DNA of 64,000 bases from Thermoanaerobaculia bacterium (GCA_035996875.1 DASYJD010000043.1:6724-70723); one strand, 5' to 3'. Shown: positions 1 through 9,330, counted from the first letter of the stretch. Numbers and translations: made by a program. The notes: a model not told the origin generated them from the sequence alone.

Positions 1-237
1 GCAGCCGCGAGTCTGGAGGTCGAGGAACTTGCAGATGCTGCCGTAGGTCTCGTCCGGCTGGTGGCGTAGGATGACCTCGCCAGGCTCGTCGCCTTTCTTG
101 GTAAACTTCCGCGCGACCGTTTCGGAAGGAAGACCCAGGTGCTTGGCCAGGCGGACTATGTCCTCCTCCTGCACCGGGATTCGCGGGTAGGAGCAGCAGT
201 AGGCAGGGCAGCGGTTGCAGTTGTAGAAGTTTGCCAT
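1..237 (-). CDS. YkgJ-family Cys-cluster (CxxCxxCC) protein, 5' part only; continues past the window start
   Basis: Minus-strand ATG at 237 reads MANFYNCNRCPAYCCSYPRIPVQEEDIVRLAKHLG, in frame to position 1. Confidence 0.45.
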   Translation of the reverse strand, partial: MANFYNCNRCPAYCCSYPRIPVQEEDIVRLAKHLGLPSETVARKFTKKGDEPGEVILRHQPDETYGSICKFLDLQTRGC

Positions 238-297
238 GGTCAGGATTCTCTCGCGCAGTGTAGCCGTTTCGATGGAAATGTCTACCTTGGAGGTGCC

Positions 298-2277
298 ATG
301 AAGGGAAAGCTCGCTCTCATCCTACTCACCGCGCTGCTCACCGTCCCCTCGTCGAGGGCGGCCGAGCCGGCCGCGAACGTGCTGCCCGTGCCGGAGACCA
401 TCGCCGCGCAGGGCGTGCCGCCCATTCCCCTCGAGCATCTCGAGGGCCTGCTCCCCTACGAGAATATCCGCGGCGCGCTCGTCATGGACTGGCACCCGCG
501 AGAGCGCCGGCTGCTGATCCGCACCCGCTTCGCGGAAAGCCCGCAGCTTCACGAGGTGTCGACGCCGCTCGGCGCCCGCACTCAGATCACCTTCTTCCGC
601 GAGCCGGTGAGCACCGGCGCCTACCGGCCGGGACTCCCCGCCGAGATGCTGTATTCGATCGACGAGGGTGGCGCCGAAAACTTCCAGCTCTTCCTGCTCG
701 ACCGCAAGACCGGCCGGGCGAAGAGGCTTTCGGACGGCAAGCACCGCTACGTCTCTCCTCTCTGGTCACACGACGGCACGTGGCTGGCCTATGCGAGCAA
801 TGCCCGCAACGGCCGCGACATGGACGTCTACGTGGCCAATCCCTCCACAACGTCCAGCGAACGCCGGCTGACCGAGGCCCAGGGCTCGTGGGAGCCCCTC
901 GACTGGAGCCCGGATGGCCGCCGTCTCCTGGTCACAGAGCAAGTATCCGCCAACGAATCGTATCTCTACTGGCTGGATGTGGTGAGCGGCGAGCGCCACA
1001 CCCTCACGCCTCGCAACGCCAGTAAAACCGACCCGACCGTGTCCTACCAGGGCGGCAAATGGTCGGCGGACGGCAAATGGGTCTACGTGGCGAGCGACAA
1101 GGACTCCGAGTTTCTGCGGTTGGTGCGCCTCGAAGCCGCCACCGGCGCCGCCACAGTGATCTCGGGTGACGTGCCCTGGGACGTGGAAGACTTCGATCGC
1201 TCGGAGGACGGCAAGCTGCTGGCGTATCTGGTGAACGAGGACGGCTTCAGCCGCCTCCACCTGGTCGAGACCGCGACGGGCAAATCGCTCCCGCTTCCTG
1301 ACCTGCCGGCCGGCAGCGCCAACGGGCTGAAGTTCCGCCCCGGCTCGCACGAGCTCGCTTTCGCCGTGAGCTGGGCCCGGTCGTCGTCGGACGTCTATAC
1401 CTACGACTCGGACTCGCACCGGCTCGACCGCTGGACGGCGAGCGAGGTGGGCGGGCTCGATCCCGAAACGTTCGCGCTTCCGAAGCTCGTCCGCTATCCG
1501 ACCTTCGATATGGATTCGAAGGGAGCTCGCCGGACCATTCCGGCCTTCGTCTACCTGCCGCCACAGGATCGTTTTTCAGGCAAGCGGCCGGTGGTGATCA
1601 ACATCCACGGCGGCCCGGAGGGTCAGTCCCGTCCCAGCTTTCTGGGCAGCAACAACTACATCCTCAACGAGCTCGGCGTGGCGGTCATCGTGCCCAACGT
1701 CCGCGGCTCTACCGGGTATGGCAAGAGCTGGCTGAAGCTGGACAACAGCAAGCTGCGCGAGGACTCGGTAAAGGATATCGGCGCACTATTGGACTGGATC
1801 GCCACCCAGCCGAATCTGGACGCATCGCACGTGATGGTGACTGGCGGCTCCTACGGCGGCTACATGGTGCTCGCAACGTTGACACACTACAGCGACCGGC
1901 TGAGCTGTGCGTGGGAGTCGGTCGGCATCAGCAACTTCGTGACGTTCCTGGAGAACACGCAGGAGTATCGCCGCGACCTGCGCCGGGTGGAGTACGGCGA
2001 CGAGCGCGATGCGGACATGCGGGCCTTCCTCGAAGGAATCGCGCCGGTGAATCACGCGGACCGCATCACCAAGCCGCTGATGATCAGCCAGGGCGCGAAC
2101 GATCCGCGAGTGCCCCTCCACGAGTCCGACCAGATCGCCGCCGCCGTCCGCGCCAAGGGAGTGCCGGTCTGGTATCTCGTGGCAAAGGACGAAGGCCACG
2201 GTTTCCAGAAGAAGAGCAACTCGGACTATCAGCGGGCAGTATTGCTGGAGATGATTCGGATGTTTCTATTGAAGTAG
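298..2277 (+). CDS. Secreted S9 family serine peptidase (TolB-like beta-propeller N-domain plus prolyl-oligopeptidase-type alpha/beta hydrolase)
   Basis: Track ORF 139..2277. A signal peptide MKGKLALILLTALLTVPSSRAA starts at an internal ATG at 298. Active-site Ser motif GGSYGGYM with downstream D and H. Confidence 0.8.
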   Translation: MKGKLALILLTALLTVPSSRAAEPAANVLPVPETIAAQGVPPIPLEHLEGLLPYENIRGALVMDWHPRERRLLIRTRFAESPQLHEVSTPLGARTQITFFREPVSTGAYRPGLPAEMLYSIDEGGAENFQLFLLDRKTGRAKRLSDGKHRYVSPLWSHDGTWLAYASNARNGRDMDVYVANPSTTSSERRLTEAQGSWEPLDWSPDGRRLLVTEQVSANESYLYWLDVVSGERHTLTPRNASKTDPTVSYQGGKWSADGKWVYVASDKDSEFLRLVRLEAATGAATVISGDVPWDVEDFDRSEDGKLLAYLVNEDGFSRLHLVETATGKSLPLPDLPAGSANGLKFRPGSHELAFAVSWARSSSDVYTYDSDSHRLDRWTASEVGGLDPETFALPKLVRYPTFDMDSKGARRTIPAFVYLPPQDRFSGKRPVVINIHGGPEGQSRPSFLGSNNYILNELGVAVIVPNVRGSTGYGKSWLKLDNSKLREDSVKDIGALLDWIATQPNLDASHVMVTGGSYGGYMVLATLTHYSDRLSCAWESVGISNFVTFLENTQEYRRDLRRVEYGDERDADMRAFLEGIAPVNHADRITKPLMISQGANDPRVPLHESDQIAAAVRAKGVPVWYLVAKDEGHGFQKKSNSDYQRAVLLEMIRMFLLK

Positions 2278-4536
2278 GCCTTTGGAGCAGGCCAGAGCCG
2301 CCTGCCCAAGACTTAGGCCGCCGTCGTTGGCCGGTACCTCGCGGTTACACCACACCGCGAGGGAAGTCGTGCGCAGTAGGTCCACCAGTCGATCGAGGAG
2401 CAGGCGGTTCTGAAACACGCCTCCGGAGAGGACGACGGTGTCAAGCCTCTCGCGCGCTACGATCTCCAATACCGCACGAGCAACTCCCGCGGCCAATCCA
2501 TGATGGAAAGCGCGGGCGACATCGGGCGCGGGGCGCCCAGCCCTCCGATCTTCGATCACGGCTGCGATCAGCGGGCGAAAATCCAGCTCCTTCCCATTGA
2601 ACGGCAACGGATAGTCCTCGACGTCCTGTCGCCCGCCACGCGCCTGATGCTCCAACCAGATCGCGGCCTGCCCCTCGAAGCTGATCTCGCGCGTGAAGCC
2701 GAGCAGGGCGGCGGCGGTATCAAAGAGGCGCCCCGCCGAGGTGGTGGGAAACACTCGCAGGTTCTTTTCGATCAATTCCCGCGCCTGGATGTAACGGTGA
2801 GGAAAGTTGAAGGGCGCGGCGGTCAGGTCGGGAAGATCATCGAGCCCGGCCAGGAATCCGGCCGCCGCCTGCACGGGATGGCGCGCTGCCGCGTCTCCTC
2901 CGGGAAGGACAGCAGGACTCAGATGGGCCACGCGCTCGAAACCTTTCTCGACGCTGCCGATGAAAAATTCGCCACCCCAGATGGCGCCGTCGTCGCCGTA
3001 GCCGGTGCCGTCGAAGGCTACGCCCACGACGCGGCGGTCCAAGGCGCTGTGCTCGGCGAGGGCGCTCGCCACGTGAGCACGGTGATGCTGCACCGCCACG
3101 ATCTCGGCGGCGTCCAGGGCTTGGGCGAAGAGCGATGAGACGTACTCGGGATGTTGATCGTGAACGATCAACAACTCGTTCCAGTCTACCTCGTACATGG
3201 CGGTAAGGTCGCGCACCGTCTCCTGGAACGCTCGGAAGGCGTCGTAATTGCCAAGGTCTCCCAGATGCTGGCTGACGAAGGCCTCGCCTCCGACCACGAG
3301 GGTTATGGTGTTCTTAAGATCTCCGCCCAACGCAAGGATAGGACGATCCGACGGCAGCTTTGCCACGGCGCCGGGAGCGTAGCCGCGCGCCCGCCGCAGA
3401 ACTGCGGGACCCAGCGTGGTCACGGTGCAGACGGAGTCGTCCACCCGGCGGGCGATAGGACGTTGGCCGATCAGGAAGGCATCGGTGATGCCGGAGAGAC
3501 GCTCCAATGCCTCATCGTCCTCATAAGCGATAGGCTCGCTCGAACGGTTGGCGCTGGTCATCACCAGAACGTCCGGCGCTCCGTAGGCGAAGAGGAGATA
3601 ATGCAGGGGCGCATAAGGGAGCATCACTCCCAGATCGTCGTTCCCCGGCGCCACTCCTTCTAAAGACTCTTTGGCAGGCGCCAGCACCACGGGCCGCTCC
3701 AGCGAAGTGAGGAGCGACTCGGCCTCGGAGGACAGCTCGACTAGATCGCGGGCAACGTCGAGATCTCGCGTCATCAACGCGAACGGTTTTTCCTTGCGGA
3801 ACTTGCGCTCGCGCAGAGCGTTTACCGCGGCCGGATTCCGCGCGTCGCAGGCCAGGTGATAGCCGCCGAGCCCCTTGACGGCGAGGATCTCTCCGTCGCC
3901 GAGCCGGCGCGCCGCTTCGCGGATCGCCGCCTCACCCGTCTCCTCCCCAAGGTGGAAGTGCGGTCCGCAATCCCGACAGGCCACGGGCTGGGCATGGAAG
4001 CGGCGATCCAGCGGGTCGGCGTACTCCGCGGCGCAGCGCGGGCACATCGGCCAGTCCTTCATCGTCGTGCGCGGCCGGTCGTACGGCAATCCGAGGATGA
4101 TCGAATAGCGCGGGCCGCAATCCGTGCAATTGATATACGGATAGCCCCGGCGGCGATCCGTGGCTGAGAAAAGCTCGGCGAGACAGCTCGCACACACCGG
4201 GAGATCGGGGGAGATCCGGACCGTGGGAGCGATGCCGCCGGCCTCGCTGTCACGGATCTCGAATCCGGCGAAGCCTTCAGGCTTGACGTCGGCGAGATCG
4301 ATCTCCGCGATGCGCGATGCAGGCGGTGGTTGGGTTTGGAGATCTTGGACGAAACGATCGACGGCCGGAGCTTCGCCTTCGACATGAATTTGCACACCCT
4401 CGCCGGCGTTGAGCACCCAGCCGCGTAGTCCGTGGGAGTGGGCGAGGCGGTAGACGAAGGGCCGGAACCCCACTCCCTGAACCACGCCGTGAATACGGAT
4501 CGTTTGGGCTTTATTCAAGGCGCCGCCACGATACAA
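2266..4536 (-). CDS. hypF: [NiFe]-hydrogenase maturation carbamoyltransferase HypF
   Basis: 756 aa. Acylphosphatase N-domain (QGVGFRPFVYRLA), two Zn-finger CxxC pairs, YrdC-like and Kae1-like domains. TTG start. Confidence 0.9.
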   Translation of the reverse strand: MYRGGALNKAQTIRIHGVVQGVGFRPFVYRLAHSHGLRGWVLNAGEGVQIHVEGEAPAVDRFVQDLQTQPPPASRIAEIDLADVKPEGFAGFEIRDSEAGGIAPTVRISPDLPVCASCLAELFSATDRRRGYPYINCTDCGPRYSIILGLPYDRPRTTMKDWPMCPRCAAEYADPLDRRFHAQPVACRDCGPHFHLGEETGEAAIREAARRLGDGEILAVKGLGGYHLACDARNPAAVNALRERKFRKEKPFALMTRDLDVARDLVELSSEAESLLTSLERPVVLAPAKESLEGVAPGNDDLGVMLPYAPLHYLLFAYGAPDVLVMTSANRSSEPIAYEDDEALERLSGITDAFLIGQRPIARRVDDSVCTVTTLGPAVLRRARGYAPGAVAKLPSDRPILALGGDLKNTITLVVGGEAFVSQHLGDLGNYDAFRAFQETVRDLTAMYEVDWNELLIVHDQHPEYVSSLFAQALDAAEIVAVQHHRAHVASALAEHSALDRRVVGVAFDGTGYGDDGAIWGGEFFIGSVEKGFERVAHLSPAVLPGGDAAARHPVQAAAGFLAGLDDLPDLTAAPFNFPHRYIQARELIEKNLRVFPTTSAGRLFDTAAALLGFTREISFEGQAAIWLEHQARGGRQDVEDYPLPFNGKELDFRPLIAAVIEDRRAGRPAPDVARAFHHGLAAGVARAVLEIVARERLDTVVLSGGVFQNRLLLDRLVDLLRTTSLAVWCNREVPANDGGLSLGQAALACSKGLLQ

Positions 4537-4751
4537 CCCCGCCCCTGCCAGCCGATCTGGACGACCTTGCCGTCCTCAACGAGAACCGGCACGGTGCGCT
4601 GGCCCGTCAAGGCGACCATGCGCGCCAAGGCTTCGCCGTCCTCCTCGACGTCGTGCTCGTCGAATTCTTTCTCATCCCACTCCAGTTGCTCGCGTAGCTC
4701 CGTGGTGTACGGACAGCTCTTCGTGCCGTAAAGCTCCAATCGCTGACTCAA
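4515..4751 (-). CDS. Small glutaredoxin/thioredoxin-fold protein (about 78 aa)
   Basis: C-terminal 78 codons of track ORF 4515..5441: SQRLELYGTKSCPYTTELREQL...VPVLVEDGKVV. Probable TTG start overlapping the stop of the upstream SIS gene. The rest of the track ORF is a GC-rich frame artefact. Confidence 0.45.
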   Translation of the reverse strand: MSQRLELYGTKSCPYTTELREQLEWDEKEFDEHDVEEDGEALARMVALTGQRTVPVLVEDGKVVQIGWQGRGCIVAAP

Positions 4752-5905
4752 GCAGCTTCCTCCTCGACCAACAGCTCGAGCATGACGTGATACATCGAGG
4801 CCTGGATCTCCTGGATTCGGGGAACGTAATCGCACGGCACGACCAGCGGCAGCTCCGCGAGACCCCGCCGCACCGTCTCGCCGCCGTCGTAGCCAAGCAG
4901 CGCCACGGTGAGTAGGCCCCGCTTCTTCGCCTCCTCCAGCGCCGCGAGAATATTGGACGAGCCGCCGCTGGTGGAGATGGCGATGGCCACGTCGTGCGGC
5001 CGGGCCTGGGCGATGAGCTGGCGCAAGAAGACCGGCTCGGAGCCGAGATCGTTGGCGAGCGCGCTCACGATGGCCGGCTCCATGGCCAGCGACACCGCAG
5101 GAATCGGTCGGAAAGCTTTCAGCGGCGCAACGCAGTCGAGCGCCCAGTCGTTGGCGTCGGTGGCCGAGCCGCCATTGCCGAACAGGACGAGCTTGCCGCC
5201 TTGGGCGACCCGCTTGCGGATTGCCGCCACCGCGCTCGCGATCTTCTCCGCTTGATCGCGGGCGACCTCCTCGCGCAGCCGCTCGTCGTCCCGCGCCTTC
5301 ATCTGGATGGACGCCGCGACCTCGGCGATCAGGCTGTCCGTGTCCTGCTTCTGCTTGCCGAGATAGGGATAGAGGAAGCTCGACTTCCCCACCTCGTGTC
5401 CCAGCGCGCCGTGCTCGAAGAAGACGTGCACCGTCTCCCACAGCGTGTGGTAGACGATCTCGATCAGCTCCTGGTGGATATACGGATCGGGCGACGGCGA
5501 GGCGAATGAGAAGGTCTGAGCGCCACGGGTCCGCGCAAGGCCCAAAGCCTCAGAGATCTCGGTGTCCCCCGCCGGAGGCCCGAAGCCCATCACCATGTCG
5601 TCGGGCAGTACGAGGGCCGCGAGCCACTCCCGGAAGAAAAGCGAAAGATCGAGGGCTGGCAGCGCCCGCTTGCCGACGATTACCGGATGGACGAACTCGA
5701 CGGAGACGTGCTGGGCATCGGTCGCGTAATGGCCGCGCCCGAACACCAGCAGCCGACCGCCGCGCAGGAAGCGCCCGGCCATGTCCTGGCAAGCCCGCGC
5801 CAAGCGGTCGCTTTCGGCGGGGAAAAAGGTTGAGGAGATTCGATTGCGTTCGAGGAGGCGCTGGGCGACGAAGGTGGCTTGGGCGGTGGGGGTGATCGTG
5901 GACAT
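4748..5905 (-). CDS. Tandem SIS-domain protein (GmhA/DiaA-like sugar-phosphate isomerase fold)
   Basis: Two SIS domains (LVFGRGHYATDAQHV...; LVLFGNGGSATDANDW...ISTSGGSSNIL). Start trimmed to ATG at 5905 (MSTITPTAQ); the longer track ORF runs into a repeat element. Confidence 0.6.
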   Translation of the reverse strand: MSTITPTAQATFVAQRLLERNRISSTFFPAESDRLARACQDMAGRFLRGGRLLVFGRGHYATDAQHVSVEFVHPVIVGKRALPALDLSLFFREWLAALVLPDDMVMGFGPPAGDTEISEALGLARTRGAQTFSFASPSPDPYIHQELIEIVYHTLWETVHVFFEHGALGHEVGKSSFLYPYLGKQKQDTDSLIAEVAASIQMKARDDERLREEVARDQAEKIASAVAAIRKRVAQGGKLVLFGNGGSATDANDWALDCVAPLKAFRPIPAVSLAMEPAIVSALANDLGSEPVFLRQLIAQARPHDVAIAISTSGGSSNILAALEEAKKRGLLTVALLGYDGGETVRRGLAELPLVVPCDYVPRIQEIQASMYHVMLELLVEEEAA

Positions 5906-5985
5906 CGGGACTAAGGTAACAGATTGCGTGGACGGCAGTATGGGCGCTGACTTTGACGTCTCTTCAGAGCGCCCCCGTCCAAGAC

Positions 5986-6049
5986 CCTCATCACCCCGGC
6001 CCTCTTCTACCGACCCCCTCCGCCCCCTCACCGGGAGAAGAGGGAGAAC
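5986..6049. repeat. GC-rich structured repeat unit (copy A); stem ccctcttct/agaagaggg with a ~25-nt loop
   Basis: Near-identical to 20612..20675. Internal inverted repeat ccctcttct...agaagaggg. Confidence 0.7.
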
Positions 6050-6141
6050 AGCAGGAAGGCTCCAAAACCGGGTTCCCTCGCCCGGTAGCGGGAGGGCCCT
6101 CCACCCCCGCCCCACCCGATCCGCATAAACGTCCCCAACGT

Positions 6142-6185
6142 AGAGACGCCCACAGGGTAGCGCGAGCTACCCCGTGGGGCGTCTC
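6142..6185. repeat. REP-like palindromic hairpin, copy 1 (GAGACGCCCCACGGGG..CCCCGTGGGGCGTCTC family)
   Basis: Imperfect palindrome. The same element is perfect at 9088..9122 and recurs at 23653..23686. Confidence 0.75.
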
Positions 6186-6266
6186 AGGTGCGGCCATGAC
6201 GGTCCCGCTCTCCACGACCTGCCCGCGTGACGATAGAATTGACTTAAAACTCTCCGAAATCAAACC

Positions 6267-8693
6267 ATGCCCACTCACCCCAAGCCTCCAATCACGGGCG
6301 GCTCGCACACGCTGCCCTTCGACAAGCTCGCGCCCCTCGAGTTCGAGCGCCTCTGCCTGTGGCTCGTGCAGCGCGAGGGCTACTCCCGGATCGAACACCT
6401 CGGCGAAGCAGGAAGCGAAGGCGGACGCGACGTGGTGGCCTGGAAGGACGGGCTTCGCTTCGTCTTCCAATGCAAGCGGGTGCAGTCGTTCACTGCGTCC
6501 CACGCCCGCAAGGAGATCGAGAAGCTCCGCCGCTTGCCGGTAGAGGATCAACCCCACGAGTTGGTGTTCGTGGTGTCTCGGGCGGTCAGCGCCGACACGC
6601 GCAACGCCATCCGGAAGGAGTGGGGCGACGAGGCGACCTGCCACTTCTGGAGCGGCAACGAGCTTGACGAGCGGGTCAAGCGCCATCCGGGTCTCTCCGA
6701 AGAGTTCTTTCAGTTGCCGTCCGTGAGGACGCCAACAGCTTTCCGGCACAACCTCCCCTTCTCCTCCCTCGGGCACCTCTTCCAGGGCCGGGAAGAGATG
6801 ATCACGGTCCTGCGCGAGAAGCTCACCCAAACGCCCGCCGGGCGGGCAACGGCCATCGCCGGCAAGGCCGTCCATGGCCTGGGCGGGGTGGGCAAGACGC
6901 GGCTGGCCGTGGAGTATGCGTGGCGGCACGCGGACGATTACACCGCGCTGCTGTTCGTGGGGGCAGGCTCCCCCGCTGATCTGCGGCGCAACCTCGCGGC
7001 GCTCTGCGAGCGGCCTGTGCTCGACCTGCCGGAGCAGGAAGCGCCAGAGGAGGAGGTCCGCGAGGTGGCCGTCCTGCGCTGGCTTGGAGAACAACCGGGG
7101 TGGCTGTTGATCCTCGACAACGTCGACGCGGAAGACGCTGCGGCGGCGGTGAATGTCCTGGTCACCCGCCTCCACGGCGACCACGTGCTCCTGACCGGCC
7201 GGCTCGCCCGCTGGAGCGCCGAGGTCGAGCCACTCGAGCTCGACGTGTTGGCCGAGGACGCCGCTGCTGAATTCCTGCTCGCCCGCACGAAGGGGCGGAG
7301 GAGGCCGACCCAGGAGGACGATCGCCACGCCATCGCGCTCGCTCGCGAGCTTGGCTTTCTGCCCCTGGCCCTGGAACAGGCCGGTGCCTACATCGCAGAG
7401 CGTCGCCTCACCCTCGCCGCCTATCTGGAAGAGTGGCAGTCACGGCACGATCAGATTTTGACATGGTTCGATCCGCGGGTGAGTCACTATCCAGCGAGTG
7501 TCGCCGTAACCTGGCAGACTTCCGTCGAGCGCCTCTCCGCCCCGGCCCGGCGCCTGCTCGAACGGCTGGCCTGGCTGGGACCGGAGCCGATTCCTGAATC
7601 GCTTCTGAAAGTGCCCGTCCCCCATTCTCCCGAGGAACCGGACAGTCGCGACGCTCTCGTGGAACTGGCGACCTACTCCCTGGTGACCCGCGACGGCGAA
7701 ACGCCGACCTTCACCGTTCACCGGCTTGTGCAGGACGTCACCCGTCGCAGTCTGAGGAATGGCTCCGACAAAGGAGCCTTGACGGAGACTCTGGACGAGG
7801 CGCTCCACTGGATAGACGACGCCTTCGTGGGACATCCTCAGGATGTCCGCATTTGGCCGACCCTTGATCCCCTCGCCTCCCATGCCCACTCGGTGGCGAT
7901 GAATGCTGATGCTGTTGGAATCGCCGATCCCACCGCTCGCCTGATGAACCAACTGGGCAGTCTGCTTCATGCCAAGTCCTTGTTTCCTGAGGCCGAGCCG
8001 TTGATGCGGCGCGTGGTGACGATCGTCGAAAGCAGCCTCGGTGAAGATCACCCCAATGTCGCGACGACCCTCAACAACCTGGCGCAATTACTCAAGGCCA
8101 CGAACCGTCTCAGCGAGGCCGAGCCGCTGATGCGACGTGCGCTTGCAATCGATGAGAAAAACTTCGGGGCGGAACATCCCGACATCGCCCTAGACCTCAA
8201 CAACTTGGCCGCATTGCTCCAGGCCACGAACTGTTTCAGAGAGGCTGAGCAACTAATGCGGCGTGCGCTCGAAATAGACGAGAAGAGCTTCGGGACGGAA
8301 CATACCAAGGTCGCCATCCGCCTCAACAACCTTGCGCAGTTGCTCCAAGCCACGAACTATCTCAGCGAAGCCGAGCCGCTGATGCGGCGTGTGGTGACGA
8401 TCTTCGAAAGCAGTCTCGGTGAAGATCACCCCAACGTCGCGGCGGCCCTCAACAATCTGGCAGCATTGCTCCATGCCACGAACCGTCTCGGCGAGGCCGA
8501 GCCGCTAATGCGCCGCCACCTGGTCATCTTCCTCGATTTCACGCACCGCAACGGGCATGAGCATCCATATTTGCGGGCAGCCTTCGATAACTATCGGTAT
8601 CTGCTCCGGAAGATGGGCAAGTCCGACACCGAGATTGAGGGGGCGATTACAACCCTGGTAGGGTCTCCAGGAATGAGGCGTCTGGCTCTATGA
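6267..8693 (+). CDS. STAND NTPase with N-terminal Mrr-like PD-(D/E)xK nuclease, NB-ARC ATPase and C-terminal TPR array (candidate antiphage Avs/NLR-like protein)
   Basis: N-terminus has GGRDVVAWKDG...FVFQCKR, an Mrr_cat-type D...QxK motif. Walker A GLGGVGKTRLA, Walker B WLLILDNVD. About five 42-aa TPR repeats (LNNLAQLL...AEPLMRR). Confidence 0.8.
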   Translation: MPTHPKPPITGGSHTLPFDKLAPLEFERLCLWLVQREGYSRIEHLGEAGSEGGRDVVAWKDGLRFVFQCKRVQSFTASHARKEIEKLRRLPVEDQPHELVFVVSRAVSADTRNAIRKEWGDEATCHFWSGNELDERVKRHPGLSEEFFQLPSVRTPTAFRHNLPFSSLGHLFQGREEMITVLREKLTQTPAGRATAIAGKAVHGLGGVGKTRLAVEYAWRHADDYTALLFVGAGSPADLRRNLAALCERPVLDLPEQEAPEEEVREVAVLRWLGEQPGWLLILDNVDAEDAAAAVNVLVTRLHGDHVLLTGRLARWSAEVEPLELDVLAEDAAAEFLLARTKGRRRPTQEDDRHAIALARELGFLPLALEQAGAYIAERRLTLAAYLEEWQSRHDQILTWFDPRVSHYPASVAVTWQTSVERLSAPARRLLERLAWLGPEPIPESLLKVPVPHSPEEPDSRDALVELATYSLVTRDGETPTFTVHRLVQDVTRRSLRNGSDKGALTETLDEALHWIDDAFVGHPQDVRIWPTLDPLASHAHSVAMNADAVGIADPTARLMNQLGSLLHAKSLFPEAEPLMRRVVTIVESSLGEDHPNVATTLNNLAQLLKATNRLSEAEPLMRRALAIDEKNFGAEHPDIALDLNNLAALLQATNCFREAEQLMRRALEIDEKSFGTEHTKVAIRLNNLAQLLQATNYLSEAEPLMRRVVTIFESSLGEDHPNVAAALNNLAALLHATNRLGEAEPLMRRHLVIFLDFTHRNGHEHPYLRAAFDNYRYLLRKMGKSDTEIEGAITTLVGSPGMRRLAL
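7960..8560 (+). repeat. Near-identical ~126-bp DNA repeats encoding the TPR units of the STAND sensor domain
   Basis: 7984..8058 and 8365..8439 are >90% identical (gaggccgagccg.tgatgcggcg.gtggtgacgatc.tcgaaagcag.ctcggtgaagatcacccc). Spurious antisense ORFs in the track (8048..8353, 8253..8474) reflect this. Confidence 0.7.
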
Positions 8694-8756
8694 GCGCTCC
8701 TGCCACCTACCGGGCAGCCGCGTCTCCTCGGTGTTCGGGTTCCGTCCCGAGTGGGC

Positions 8757-8992
8757 GACCCTCGCCCCAGTGGGGCAACGTCTCCCCCGAATAGGGGAAG
8801 GCCTCCCCCAGTGGGGCAAGCCGTCGCCCAAGAAGGGAGAGGGTCCGTCCGAGTTGGGCAAGGCCTCGGCCCAGTTGGGCAACGCCTCCCCCAAGAAGGG
8901 GGAGACCTCGCCCCAGTTGGGCGAGGCTCGCCCCACTGGGGAAAGACCTCGCCCCACTGGGGAAAGCCTTCCCCCCGTTCGCCCAGCCCTTG
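8757..8992. repeat. Degenerate 21-bp tandem repeat array (~11 units), each with a mini-palindrome ccccagtgggg/ccccactgggg
   Basis: Units such as ctcgccccagtggggcaacgt and ctcccccagtggggcaagccg. Open in several frames on both strands (heptad LPQWGKP-like in +), so coding status is unresolved. Confidence 0.7.
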
Positions 8993-9087
8993 TTCCGGCC
9001 GGGTCCGGTCCTCATCCCGCTCGTGCAATCCGCAACGTAGACTGCCCGAGTAGGTCTCCTGACGCCTAGGAAGAACTCCCCGCCTCG

Positions 9088-9122
9088 GAGACGCCCCACG
9101 GGGTTCCCCGTGGGGCGTCTCT
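9088..9122. repeat. REP-like palindromic hairpin, copy 2 (perfect 16-bp arms, 2-nt loop)
   Basis: ggagacgccccacggggttccccgtggggcgtctc. Confidence 0.8.
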
Positions 9123-9330
9123 ACAGAGGGTACCCTTCCGGCACGGTATGCGCCGGCCTGAAGGGCCGTGATTCCTCAGCGAAGGGTACCGCCCTGGGAA
9201 GCGGAGATGGCAGACAGGACATCGAGACCGAATATCGCGCCCCGTTGGGGCGCACGGACGGCGGGCCGATCGGAACCCAGCCCGTTGGGCTGGGCTTAGG
9301 AATCCCGGACCTTCGGCCCGGGCCAACTTG

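Noticed and set aside
4748-6115. N-terminal 70 codons of the SIS-gene ORF
   Set aside because: The extension is translated straight through the repeat element 5986-6049. A good ATG (MSTITPTAQ) at 5905 follows the repeat.
8757-8992. Possible CRISPR array (regular short repeats)
   Set aside because: The period is 21 bp with degenerate units abutting each other. There are no unique spacers or leader and no cas genes. The same applies to 31225-31505.
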